Shown here one piece after another: positions 8,005-17,369 of a stretch of 47,079 bases of DNA (the first letter of the stretch is position 1; each line of letters opens with the position of its first letter). The DNA is from Candidatus Hydrogenedentota bacterium. GTDB taxonomy: Bacteria; Hydrogenedentota; Hydrogenedentia; Hydrogenedentales; JAEUWI01. The stretch is taken from contig JAXMOL010000057.1 of NCBI GenBank assembly GCA_034669905.1, forward strand, positions 1 through 47,079, given 5' to 3'. A model generated the notes under the pieces. The model was given only the letters and a program-made list of their open reading frames with translations. It had not been told where the DNA came from and ran no database searches. Made by a program: the position numbers and the translations under genes.

Positions 8005-11000
8005 GTGGTATTCGATATCACCTCCGACCATATCGCCGGGCTCTCCGACGAGGACCTTAGGATTCTTGTAGCCTATCTCTGCGAACAAGAAGTACTGAGA
8101 AAAGGATTTTCCCCATCAGCGGTAACCTACGGTGGGAACCAAAATGCACCCGATGGAGGAATCGACGTACGCGTCGACTTGGGCGATGTCAACATTGAAG
8201 GATATCTACCACGCGCCAAGGTCGGCTTTCAGGCTAAAGCAGAAAACTTCCCGCCCGAGAAAATCAAGAAAGAGATATCTCCGAACGGGAAATTGCGCGC
8301 CTCGATTGAAGGCTTGATCTCACTTGGGGGCGCATATATTATCGCAAGCTCTCGAAGCTCAGTCTCCGACTCCTTCCTGGAAAAACGCAAGCAGGCCATG
8401 ACAGACGCAATAGCGTTTGCACCTGGTGCCAATGTACTGTTCCTCGACTTCTATGACAGCCAACGCCTCGCAACTTGGACAAACCAACATCCTGGTGTCG
8501 CTCTGTGGCTGCGAGGACGTATCGGCCAACCGTTACATGGCTGGAAACCTTTCGGCGATTGGTCCAGTTCTCCCGGAGACACGGATGAGGGCTATCTGGT
8601 CAGTGAAGATACACGCCTGAACGATGTAAGAAAACCTAGTCAAGGGTCCCTAGACATAGTCGCCGGAATAGAGCGAATCAGAGGCATTCTAAAGGAGCCC
8701 AACGGGGTAGTTCGTCTCGTCGGCTTGTCAGGTGTAGGCAAAACGAGATTCGCACAGGCGCTCTTCGACGAACGGCGAGGCCAGAATTCCATCTCGCCCC
8801 ACCTGGCAGTCTATACCGACATTTCAGACGAACCTGATCCGCCTCCGCTTGCACTCTTGGAGAGACTGGCAAGTTTCGGCCAGCGCTGCATCATGATCGT
8901 GGACAACTGTGGCCCGGAACTCCACGGAAAACTCGCCAAAGCGCTCAAAGACCCTAATACTCCCGTCAGCCTCCTAACGATTGAGTATGACATCAGCGAC
9001 GACGAACCAGAGGGAACCGATGTCTTTTCACTGGAGCCCGCGACGGATGATTTAATCAAGGAAATCCTCAAACGCCGATACCCGGTCTTGTCCCAACCTG
9101 ATATCCAAACCATTGCCGAATTCTCTGGCGGCAATTTTCGTATCGCTCTTGCATTGGCGAATACGGCGAAAACCGGAGATTCGCTGGCAAAGTTAACGGA
9201 CTCGGTACTATTCGAGAGACTATTTCAACAAAAAAACCCACATGACCCATCCCTCCTTAAAACGGCCAGGGTGTGCTCATTGGTCTATTCATTTGACGGA
9301 GAAACTCTTGACGGTGAAGAGGCAGAGCTACCCATTCTCGCCGAGATTTCAGGTCAGACGGTCAGAGACTTCTATGACAACGTAGCGACATTGAAGCAGC
9401 GCAAATTGGTCCAATCACGGTCAAAATGGCGCGCCCTACTTCCCCAAGCGCTTGCGCACAAATTGGCCAAAGAGGCACTTCAAACCAGCCCTCAGGGATT
9501 TCTAATTACGCAGTTTAGAGAACGCGCGCCGAAGCGACTACTAAAGTCTTTTGCCCGAAGACTAGGGGGATTGCATGATTCCTCAGAAGCACGCTCAATT
9601 GTAGAGTGCTGGCTTGGTACCAACGGATGGTTATCCTCAATCGAGAATCTAAGCGATTTTGAACTGGCAGTTCTTCATAAGATTGCGCCTGTGATGCCTG
9701 AATCCGTACTGGAAATTATTAAGTTCGCTGAAGATCGCAATCCCAAATTACTTAGCCGTGAAGCCAAGTATCGAGAGGGAACTCTTCATCTACTTCGATC
9801 TATCTCCTACGATTCGACTCTATTCGACGACGCCATAGAAATAATTGCCAAACTTGTCCCGAATGATGCCAATGACGTCAATGCGGCAACGGGAGTTTAC
9901 AAATCGCTTTTCTTCATCTATCTATCTGGCACGCTCGCACCTCCAGAGCAACGCGCCAATTTCCTCCGAACGCTGCTCCAGAATCCCACACCCAAGGATT
10001 GTAAATTATTTCTTATCGGATTGGAAGCAATGTTCGAATGTATACACTTCTCATCCACCTACAACTTCGAATTTGGAGCGAGAAAACGAGGATTCGGTTT
10101 AACTCCACGAAGCAGAGAGGAAATCAAGGGCTGGTATTGGCACGCCATTCAAGTCGCTTCTGAAGCGAGTAAACTGGCCCTATATCGAGGTGAGGTACGA
10201 AAACTGGTTGCGAATCAGTTCTGTAACCTTGTATGCGACGAACGGTTAACGAATGAGCTGGTCCTGCTGGGGGAGGAACTCATGCGAGATGGTGGATGGC
10301 CTCAGGGCTGGGTCAACGTTCGCAAAGCAGTCCGAATTCTTCGCCACACAAAACGACGCAGCGATTACAAGATACTTTCGAAACTTGCGAAGTCGCTTTT
10401 TCCACGGAGCCTATGGGAGCGTATTGTCACATACGTACTCCCAAAGCAGTGGTCCGAAGACGACATTTCGATGTTGCACATTGGCAACGAATCGTACCAA
10501 GCCTCAGAAAACGAAAAGATTCACGCAATCTGCGAGGAGATAGGTGCGGAGCTAGGTTGCAACCTAGTCTTGCTCAAGGAATTCCTACCTACGCTACTGG
10601 ATTCCGACACAGCCCAGAACCGGGTCAGACCCGTTATTGAGTCCATTGGAAAGGAAAGTGTAGACCCCGCTCGCACTTGGGAAACTATGGCTGAAACGGT
10701 ACTGTCCGGGCGATATGGCACACAGGCCTCTGAGCCACTCAATTGGCTCCTTTCTGGTTTGAGGGAGATTAATGTTCCACTCGTAGAATTCATACTCGAC
10801 AATGCCTTGAAGGATGTGACCTACCATCCCTATTTCATAGGACTACAGGTCTGCGCTGGCCTCGGCGAGTCTGGGTACCAACGGCTGATGGAAGCAGTCG
10901 AACTGGAAACCGTGCCAACACTGACTTTCCGACATCTCCACCAAAACGGTGGATTGGGTGATAGCCTGAAGCCGAATCAGTTTCATCTTCTCTTAACGAA

Positions 11001-11826
11001 ACTGACACAAAGAGATGGTGGGCTCTCCATCGCACTCAGAATATTGTACATGCGAATTCTACGTCGTCCTGGAGACCCAAAACGCCTGAGCAAACCAGAA
11101 AAAAATTTGGGGCGTGAGTTGCTAATACAATTCGACTTTTCTCACGAATTCCAGATTGAAGACTATCTGCTAAAAATAATCATCGATACATGCTTGTTCA
11201 CACCAGAAGATGCGGACGTGTGCATGCGCCTATGTGAATCCCTCTCAAGTGCAACCAAGTCCGGAGCCACTTGGGGCCAACGCCACAAGTATGCATTGGG
11301 CAGTTTGCTCAACGCCCACCCAAGGATTGTTCTTGACATATTGTTGAACAATGACCACCTCGAGCATAGTCGACTTTGGGATGATTTTGGCGATCCCGAC
11401 GCACGGACCGACTACCCACTGGATAAGGTCAGCGGCGACGAACTGACGGCTTGGGCAGATGTAGAACCCGCCACTCGATATTTGCTACTCGCAAGATTTG
11501 TCCGGGCATGGAATACAACAACGGAAAAGGCTCCGCAAAACCTACATTGGACACACACAGCAAGAGTGCTCATTCGACGGGCGCCAGAGCCGTTGACCAT
11601 CTTAGAAACATTTTTTAGGCGTTTCGAACCACAATGCGTATGGCGTGATGAGCTTGCAGAGATTCTTCGCAACAGAATGGTGCTACTCGACGCGCTGCTA
11701 GATGAACCCGATGTCCAAATAGCGGCGTGGGCACAAGAAGCCAAGGCTACATTGCAGCAAAAAATTGACCAAGAGATTGAGCGGTCGCGAGTTCGGTGTC
11801 GCGAAACGAACGTGCGCTTCGAATAG
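8005..11826 (+). CDS. Large N-terminal PD-(D/E)xK (Mrr-like) nuclease + STAND-type P-loop NTPase + helical C-terminal region; putative Avs-like anti-phage protein
   Basis: DGGID (8152-8166) then FQAK (8227-8238); Walker A GLSGVGKT (8722-8745); Walker B IMIVD (8890-8904); FSGGNFRIA resembles the STAND GxP region. AT-richer than neighbours. GTG at 8005 has a G-rich RBS; the track start is 7990. Confidence 0.7.
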   Translation: MVFDITSDHIAGLSDEDLRILVAYLCEQEVLRKGFSPSAVTYGGNQNAPDGGIDVRVDLGDVNIEGYLPRAKVGFQAKAENFPPEKIKKEISPNGKLRASIEGLISLGGAYIIASSRSSVSDSFLEKRKQAMTDAIAFAPGANVLFLDFYDSQRLATWTNQHPGVALWLRGRIGQPLHGWKPFGDWSSSPGDTDEGYLVSEDTRLNDVRKPSQGSLDIVAGIERIRGILKEPNGVVRLVGLSGVGKTRFAQALFDERRGQNSISPHLAVYTDISDEPDPPPLALLERLASFGQRCIMIVDNCGPELHGKLAKALKDPNTPVSLLTIEYDISDDEPEGTDVFSLEPATDDLIKEILKRRYPVLSQPDIQTIAEFSGGNFRIALALANTAKTGDSLAKLTDSVLFERLFQQKNPHDPSLLKTARVCSLVYSFDGETLDGEEAELPILAEISGQTVRDFYDNVATLKQRKLVQSRSKWRALLPQALAHKLAKEALQTSPQGFLITQFRERAPKRLLKSFARRLGGLHDSSEARSIVECWLGTNGWLSSIENLSDFELAVLHKIAPVMPESVLEIIKFAEDRNPKLLSREAKYREGTLHLLRSISYDSTLFDDAIEIIAKLVPNDANDVNAATGVYKSLFFIYLSGTLAPPEQRANFLRTLLQNPTPKDCKLFLIGLEAMFECIHFSSTYNFEFGARKRGFGLTPRSREEIKGWYWHAIQVASEASKLALYRGEVRKLVANQFCNLVCDERLTNELVLLGEELMRDGGWPQGWVNVRKAVRILRHTKRRSDYKILSKLAKSLFPRSLWERIVTYVLPKQWSEDDISMLHIGNESYQASENEKIHAICEEIGAELGCNLVLLKEFLPTLLDSDTAQNRVRPVIESIGKESVDPARTWETMAETVLSGRYGTQASEPLNWLLSGLREINVPLVEFILDNALKDVTYHPYFIGLQVCAGLGESGYQRLMEAVELETVPTLTFRHLHQNGGLGDSLKPNQFHLLLTKLTQRDGGLSIALRILYMRILRRPGDPKRLSKPEKNLGRELLIQFDFSHEFQIEDYLLKIIIDTCLFTPEDADVCMRLCESLSSATKSGATWGQRHKYALGSLLNAHPRIVLDILLNNDHLEHSRLWDDFGDPDARTDYPLDKVSGDELTAWADVEPATRYLLLARFVRAWNTTTEKAPQNLHWTHTARVLIRRAPEPLTILETFFRRFEPQCVWRDELAEILRNRMVLLDALLDEPDVQIAAWAQEAKATLQQKIDQEIERSRVRCRETNVRFE

Positions 11827-11968
11827 TAAATGGCCGTAAGAACTTGGCAGGTGCCAACAGTGTATGCCTTGCCTCCTTTTCAAAGTAGTTCAGCAGACCC
11901 CGTGACCCATGGTTACCAAAAAACTCGATATTCGAAAAACCTCCGGCGGGCAGCCCTTGCGTACTTTC

Positions 11969-12018
11969 CCGCAGGAGCGGAAAGGCAGGCATTACGACGG
12001 GGGACCGTCGTAACGAGG
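11969..12018. repeat. 50-bp direct repeat, left copy, with a TTACGACGG/CCGTCGTAA hairpin
   Basis: Identical to 12861-12910. GGCAGCCCTTGC also lies just upstream of both copies. Confidence 0.9.
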
Positions 12019-12035
12019 GCAACTTCATTCCTCGC

Positions 12036-12329
12036 TTACTCAAAGAGGGGCGGCAAATCTCGTGCTCCATGAAGCACCCGTAGAATTTCCACGGTTTCCC
12101 CGGAAATTCGGTAGAACAACACATGGTTGCCCACAGGAAAACTTCGGACCCCATCACCCAAATCATCGTCGCGCTTTCGTCCAAGCTCGGGCGACTCGAC
12201 TAAACACTCGGCACCCTGAAATAGACGGGTCAGCAATTTTACCGCGGCAGGCTCGTTATCTTTCGCAAGGTATTCATAGATGTCCGCTAGGTCATGCATC
12301 GCGGCGGGCGTGAAAAAGGGCTCTTTCAT
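12036..12329 (-). CDS. parE: Type II toxin, RelE/ParE family (ParE)
   Basis: FTPAAMHDLADIYEYLAKDN..AA, PELGRKRDDL, VRSFPVGNHVLFYR, EILRVLHGARD. Overlaps the antitoxin stop (ATGA). Confidence 0.93.
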   Translation of the reverse strand: MKEPFFTPAAMHDLADIYEYLAKDNEPAAVKLLTRLFQGAECLVESPELGRKRDDDLGDGVRSFPVGNHVLFYRISGETVEILRVLHGARDLPPLFE

Positions 12330-12589
12330 TGACCCGCCACACCCCTCCTACGGGCTTTCGCGAGCTGAATAATGTCTTCCGGGGTGCAGGTCTTGCTTTC
12401 ACCCCGGTCAGCCTGTTCAATCCCCCTATCAATCGCGGCACGCAGACCGTCCCGCTCCTGGTCGTAACCCTGTTTCTCCATCAGAAGACGCAAGGCCGCA
12501 CGATGGACTTCGCCACTGGATTCATAGAGGCCGGACTCGACCTGTTTTCGAACAAACTCCTCGAGCGCGTGAGGCAGTGAAATATTCAT
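12326..12589 (-). CDS. parD: Type II antitoxin, ParD/CC2985 ribbon-helix-helix family
   Basis: MNISLPHALEEFVRKQVESGLYESSGEV.RAALRLL...LRAAIDRGIEQADRG; AGGAG RBS; directly upstream of parE. Confidence 0.93.
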   Translation of the reverse strand: MNISLPHALEEFVRKQVESGLYESSGEVHRAALRLLMEKQGYDQERDGLRAAIDRGIEQADRGESKTCTPEDIIQLAKARRRGVAGQ

Positions 12590-12657
12590 GAAAAGCTCCT
12601 CTCAACAACACGTCCAACGAATAAGGCTCCGTATGTAATAAGTCGGAAGCCTCCTCA

Positions 12658-12663
12658 ATTATA
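12658..12663 (-). promoter_or_regulatory. Candidate -10 box (TATAAT) for parDE
   Basis: Perfect TATAAT on the minus strand about 70 nt upstream of parD; no convincing -35. Confidence 0.35.
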
Positions 12664-12860
12664 CACCAGACTGCGCCAACAGGAAGTCACGCCCTGCAAC
12701 CGGTGGTTTGGCGGTCGTTCTAGCGTCGACCATCTTTCCCTGGACTCCGACACGGATAGGTTCGACGTGGGTGGTGCCCCCCGATCGTGTAACACACGTT
12801 CGGGTGCGTTGACACGCGGATTCGGGCGACGTAGTGACAGGCAGCCCTTGCACCACGTTT

Positions 12861-12910
12861 CCGCAGGAGCGGAAAGGCAGGCATTACGACGGGGGACCGT
12901 CGTAACGAGG
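12861..12910. repeat. 50-bp direct repeat, right copy
   Basis: Identical to 11969-12018. Confidence 0.9.
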
Positions 12911-12919
12911 ACACAAGTG

Positions 12920-12948
12920 TTGCCACCAGGCCGGTGGCACTCCATAGA
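12920..12948. repeat. REP-like palindrome, copy 2 (see 350-378)
   Basis: 26/29 identity to 350-378. Confidence 0.7.
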
Positions 12949-13126
12949 ACTTCCATCGTGGGGAAAGTCACCGCACCATGGCCTACGTCGCCAGGTGTCA
13001 GCCGAGACGGCTAACCCACGATAGGCCCCCTCCCCCCTATGCTTGTCGCCCGCCGCTTTCCACTGCTACTATGAGCCAGAGGCCTCTCCGGGCTCTTTTC
13101 ATCGGGAAATCCACGAAGAGGTACCT

Positions 13127-15979
13127 ATGCGCATCCTGCTATTCTGCTCGCTCACTGTTTGTCTTGCCGCCCTGGCCCAAGAGCCACCACCGAGCCCCGA
13201 TGAGGCGGACTGGAAGTTCGTCGATGTCCTGTCGGCCCCCATGACGTGGCACCCCCATTGGACCCGCGACACGGTCGCCCATGGCGAAGTGAGTCTCGCG
13301 GGGGGCGTCCAGGTGGCGGCCCAATTCCCCGACGAAGCGGGCACCCTCGAAACGGCCTATAAAGACCTGAGCAATTTCTTTGCGGCGGTCGACATCCCCA
13401 CGGACGGCCCTTTTCGGATCATCACGGAGCGGGTGCCCGACGTCGGCACGGAAGCATTCACCCTCTCCGTTTCCGAGAACGAATGCCGCATCCAGGCAAG
13501 TGACACCGAGGGCATACGGCGGGCCATCTATTTTCTGGAAGACGAGCTGCTGCGCGCGGACGGCCCTTTCCTGGCCATCGGGGAGACCACCCGTTCGCCC
13601 TTCATCAAGACGCGCATTTCCCGCTGTTTCTTTGGCCCCATAAAGCGGCCGCCCATGAACCGGGATGAACTCCTCGACGGGGTGGACTACTATCCCAACG
13701 AATACCTCAACCGCCTGGCCCATGACGGGGTGAATGCCCTCTGGCTGACGGTTACGCTTAAGGACCTGCGGAAGACGTCCCTGGACATCCCCGTCAGTCC
13801 CGACCGGGAGCAGCGCCTGGAAAAACTTCGCAAGACGGTGGCGAAGTGTCGCCGCTACGGCATCGATGTGTTCCTCTTCACCCTTGAGCCCATCTACATG
13901 ACGCCCGGCGATCCCCTCATACTGGCCTACCCGGAACTGGGCGGGATAACGGTGACCGGCAACTACGCCAAGACCTTCTGCCCCACCTCTGAGCTAGCCC
14001 AGACCTACCTGCGCGAATCCCTTTACAGCATTTTTTCCGAAGTCCCCGACCTGGGGGGCCTCATCAACCTCAGCTATGGCGAAGCGCCCACCACCTGCCT
14101 CAGTGAGGCCACGGGCGAAGAGGGCACGATGGACTGCCCCCGGTGTGGCGACAAAAAACCGTGGGAGACCCTCAGCGCCTCTCTGTCGGCCATGGAGCGG
14201 GGCGTCCATGAGGCCGCACCCGACGCCCAGGTGATCTCGTGGCTCTATGTCCCCCATGGCGATTCCGAGATGGTCCTCGACCTGGTCCGCCACACCCCAC
14301 CCGGCGTCACGGTCCAGTTCAATTTCGAATCGGGCGGCAGCAAGGTCCAACTCGGAAAAGCACGCAGCGCGAGCGACTACTGGCTTTCCTATGTGGGCCC
14401 GAGTGACGCCTTCCGGCGCGTGGCCGGTGAGATCAACCCCGAGGCCGGTGGGATGGCCGCCAAAATTCAGGCCTGCAATTCCCACGAGGTCGCCTCCATC
14501 CCCTTCGTCCCCGTTCCGGGTCAACTCTTTGGAAAGTATGAGGCCATGCGCGGCCTGGGCGTGAACACCGTCATGCAATGCTGGTACTTCGGCAACATGC
14601 CCTCCATGATGAACCGGGCGGCAGCCAGTGCCTTGCCCTTTGCACCAGAAGGCCAGCGCGCCGACGCATTCCTGGAGCAACTGGCGCGCCGTGATTGGGC
14701 CGCGGACGATGTGCCCCAGGTGGTGGAGGCCTGGCGTCTCTTTGCCCAGGCCTATGAGCACTATCCCCTGAGCAACGCCTTCCAGTTCTACGGCCCCATG
14801 ACCGACGGCCTCGTGTGGCCCCTCCACCTGAAACCGGTCCACCTCCCCCTCGGACCCACCTGGCGCACCGACTACCCCATTTCCGCCGACCGTATTGGTG
14901 AGAGTTTTTCGGGAACCCACACCTATCCCGAAGTGCTCCAGCTCTGTGGCGCCCTATCCGACACCTGGAATCGCGGGGTCGAAATGCTTGGCGCCCTCCA
15001 GCCGAAGTATGCGGACGAAGAAGATCGGCGGATGGATATCTCCGTGGCCCAGGCCCTGGGCATCCAGTTTCGCTCGGGCTACAACATCCTCCGCTTCTAT
15101 GATCTCCGGGAACAACTCCTCTACGGACCCGCAGACACGCGCGCGGAAAGCCTCGATACCTTGCGCGCCATCGTGAAGGAGGAAATAAAAAATGCCCAGG
15201 ACATGGCCGTGCTGTGTGAGGCGAACCCCTTCCTCGGATTCCACTCCGAAGCGGAAGACTACAAATATTTCCCCGCGAAACTGCAATGGCGCGCCGGGCT
15301 CTTGCGCACCCTCCTCAACACCGAGTTTAGCGAGGCCGCGCGCGCAGTGGCTGCAGGCGCGCCGGTCTTTCCCGTGCGCTCCGGCATGAGTGACGAAACC
15401 CTCGCCTATACGTGCCCGACCGCACCGCCCTCCTTCGCCACCGCATGGCGTAGCGATGCCTCGTGGCAATCCATAGTCGAATCCAGCGCGGAGGTGGCCC
15501 CCCTCACACCCAGCGCGCCTGCCGTATCCTGGCGGGCCGTCCACGACGCGGATGCCCTCTACGTAGACATCCAAAGTGCCGTCGGCGAAAATGCGCCCGC
15601 CCTGTCCGCCGTCGTACATGTCCAGGCGGCCCACATTTATCCCCGCCTGAGCTTTACCCTTGACGAAAGGGGTGTCCGCGAGACCCAGCTCGGCTGGCAC
15701 GTCGAATCCGACCAATGGGAGGCCGAAACGACAACCGCCGACGGATTCCGCACCTTCCGCTTCCGCATTCCCTTTGAGATCTTCAACGGCGAGTACGATC
15801 CCGACACCTACCCATCGCGGCCCCTGCGTATCAACGTCCAGCTCCATTCCAATCCCCGCGGGACCCCCACGAACATTATCCAGACCTGGGCGCCCCTCTC
15901 GGACAGTCCCCCGCGCTACCGCCTGGGCTACGGTGCCGAAGACCCCGCCGAAATGGGTTGGCTACACCTCGTCCCCTGA
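13127..15979 (+). CDS. Secreted hypothetical protein, glycoside-hydrolase-like (GH20/GH67-type N-terminal domain, probable TIM barrel, C-terminal beta domain)
   Basis: GAGG RBS, ATG 13127, signal peptide MRILLFCSLTVCLAALA. EAFTLSVSENECRIQASDTEGIRRAIYFLE resembles hexosaminidase domain 2. Paralogous to 37738-40125. Confidence 0.7.
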   Translation: MRILLFCSLTVCLAALAQEPPPSPDEADWKFVDVLSAPMTWHPHWTRDTVAHGEVSLAGGVQVAAQFPDEAGTLETAYKDLSNFFAAVDIPTDGPFRIITERVPDVGTEAFTLSVSENECRIQASDTEGIRRAIYFLEDELLRADGPFLAIGETTRSPFIKTRISRCFFGPIKRPPMNRDELLDGVDYYPNEYLNRLAHDGVNALWLTVTLKDLRKTSLDIPVSPDREQRLEKLRKTVAKCRRYGIDVFLFTLEPIYMTPGDPLILAYPELGGITVTGNYAKTFCPTSELAQTYLRESLYSIFSEVPDLGGLINLSYGEAPTTCLSEATGEEGTMDCPRCGDKKPWETLSASLSAMERGVHEAAPDAQVISWLYVPHGDSEMVLDLVRHTPPGVTVQFNFESGGSKVQLGKARSASDYWLSYVGPSDAFRRVAGEINPEAGGMAAKIQACNSHEVASIPFVPVPGQLFGKYEAMRGLGVNTVMQCWYFGNMPSMMNRAAASALPFAPEGQRADAFLEQLARRDWAADDVPQVVEAWRLFAQAYEHYPLSNAFQFYGPMTDGLVWPLHLKPVHLPLGPTWRTDYPISADRIGESFSGTHTYPEVLQLCGALSDTWNRGVEMLGALQPKYADEEDRRMDISVAQALGIQFRSGYNILRFYDLREQLLYGPADTRAESLDTLRAIVKEEIKNAQDMAVLCEANPFLGFHSEAEDYKYFPAKLQWRAGLLRTLLNTEFSEAARAVAAGAPVFPVRSGMSDETLAYTCPTAPPSFATAWRSDASWQSIVESSAEVAPLTPSAPAVSWRAVHDADALYVDIQSAVGENAPALSAVVHVQAAHIYPRLSFTLDERGVRETQLGWHVESDQWEAETTTADGFRTFRFRIPFEIFNGEYDPDTYPSRPLRINVQLHSNPRGTPTNIIQTWAPLSDSPPRYRLGYGAEDPAEMGWLHLVP

Positions 15980-16022
15980 GGGCGTCCTATTGGTTCCCAT
16001 TGTCAGCAACGCGACAAGCGTG

Positions 16023-16051
16023 TTGACAGCTTTCACTTTTTCTTGTAAAGT
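16023..16051 (+). promoter_or_regulatory. sigma70-type promoter for the four-gene membrane-protein operon
   Basis: TTGACA (16023-16028), 17-nt spacer, TAAAGT (16046-16051). Confidence 0.65.
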
Positions 16052-16094
16052 ACTTCTTGTGAGCGAACCATAGCGAGAGGGGAAGCTTCCGAAA

Positions 16095-17369
16095 ATGTCG
16101 ATCTTCATCAAGGAAAACCATTCGGGCGCAAGCGACGGAGATATCTGTCTGAGTCTGGCCCTTGGCGCACCCATAATCGGGGCCGTGGTAGGTGCCGGAC
16201 TCAAGACAGCGGGACATGAGTTCGCTCTTGATGCCTGGATCGGACTGTGCCTGGGCCATCTTGTGTTGGCTTGCCTCCTCGGCTTTTCGGCCTTTAGCCC
16301 GGTGGGGAATGAGGATGGGGTCCGCCGTTCATACGGATCTGCCGTAGTTGGAACCTTCATCGCGGCCTCCATCCTCATCGCATGGATCTTTCTATTGCCC
16401 GCCATCGTCCACCAGGCGAACGCCTTCCACAAACGTGGATGCCACCACAATCTCAAATACCTGGGCTTGAGCCTGGCCATGTACGGCAACGAACAGGACG
16501 GTGAAGCCTATCCCCCCCTGAGTCCAAAGGCGGGTTGCCTGATGCCGGAAATGAGCGAGCTCCACCCCGAATACTTGGATGATCTCACCCTGATTCACTG
16601 CCCGGAATTCCGGGACCCGCGCTTGCCTCTCTCCCCTGAATCCGAATTTGCTGCGGTACTTAGCGATCAGAGTTACTTCTATCTGGGCTACATGATCGAT
16701 GGTCCAGACACGCTCCGGGCCTTTCAAACGGCCTATGAAAAGGTCATTGCGGAAGGGGGAAGTTTCGAATCGGATCTTCCCGTGCCAGCCGGGCAAGGCA
16801 CGTGGGGTGGCGATACTATCCCCCGGCTGAGTGATGACCTGTCCCTCGTCTACCCCGGCTTCGACGAAGCGAAAGAAGATCACGTTGCCGCTGCGCACAA
16901 ACTGCAGCACCAAATCCCGGTGATGATTGAGCGCGTCGGGCACCACCCCATTGATGGTGCAAAACCCAGGCAACTCGGCCATGTGCTCTATCTGGATGGT
17001 TTTGTGGAGCCATTGGACTATGCAGGTGAATGGCCCATGACGAAAGAGACCCAGGATATCTTACATGCCTTGGATAAGCTGGGACCCTATGTGCCCGAAG
17101 GTGCGATCACCCTACCTCGGAAGCCACCGTATGAACAGTGGGCAGCGCTAGCCTTCGTTATCGGAACGGTGCTCTTCATACTCTGGCGTTACCTCCGCTT
17201 TTCCGCCCTGACCCTCCCCCTGTTTTACCTGCTTTTCGGTCTGACCGTTTATGGATTGGTACACACCCGAGGCTCCGTACCTCCGGGACTCCTTGTGGCG
17301 ACGCCCGATGGGGAGGTCACCTATCACGTCTTGGAGCCCGCACCCGGTCCGAAGGGCATGGCACGATGA
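16095..17369 (+). CDS. Membrane protein with inserted DUF1559/H-X9-DG-like domain, paralogue 1
   Basis: About 3 N-terminal TMs; CHHNLKYLGLSLAMYGNE...YPPLS, SYFYLGY, IPVMIER..H..HVLYLDG; 2 C-terminal TMs. Confidence 0.8.
   Translation: MSIFIKENHSGASDGDICLSLALGAPIIGAVVGAGLKTAGHEFALDAWIGLCLGHLVLACLLGFSAFSPVGNEDGVRRSYGSAVVGTFIAASILIAWIFLLPAIVHQANAFHKRGCHHNLKYLGLSLAMYGNEQDGEAYPPLSPKAGCLMPEMSELHPEYLDDLTLIHCPEFRDPRLPLSPESEFAAVLSDQSYFYLGYMIDGPDTLRAFQTAYEKVIAEGGSFESDLPVPAGQGTWGGDTIPRLSDDLSLVYPGFDEAKEDHVAAAHKLQHQIPVMIERVGHHPIDGAKPRQLGHVLYLDGFVEPLDYAGEWPMTKETQDILHALDKLGPYVPEGAITLPRKPPYEQWAALAFVIGTVLFILWRYLRFSALTLPLFYLLFGLTVYGLVHTRGSVPPGLLVATPDGEVTYHVLEPAPGPKGMAR

Noticed and set aside
11969..12910. Integron attC sites around parDE
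   Set aside because: The repeats lack RYYYAAC...GTTRRRY cores and no integrase is present; they look REP-like.
17138..17365. N-terminal extensions given by the ORF track (also for the 411, 13043, phoX, GntR, rsmI, GHMP, ruvX and CFI-box ORFs)
   Set aside because: They overlap neighbours or lack RBSs; downstream starts have RBSs, ATGA coupling or family-typical N-termini.
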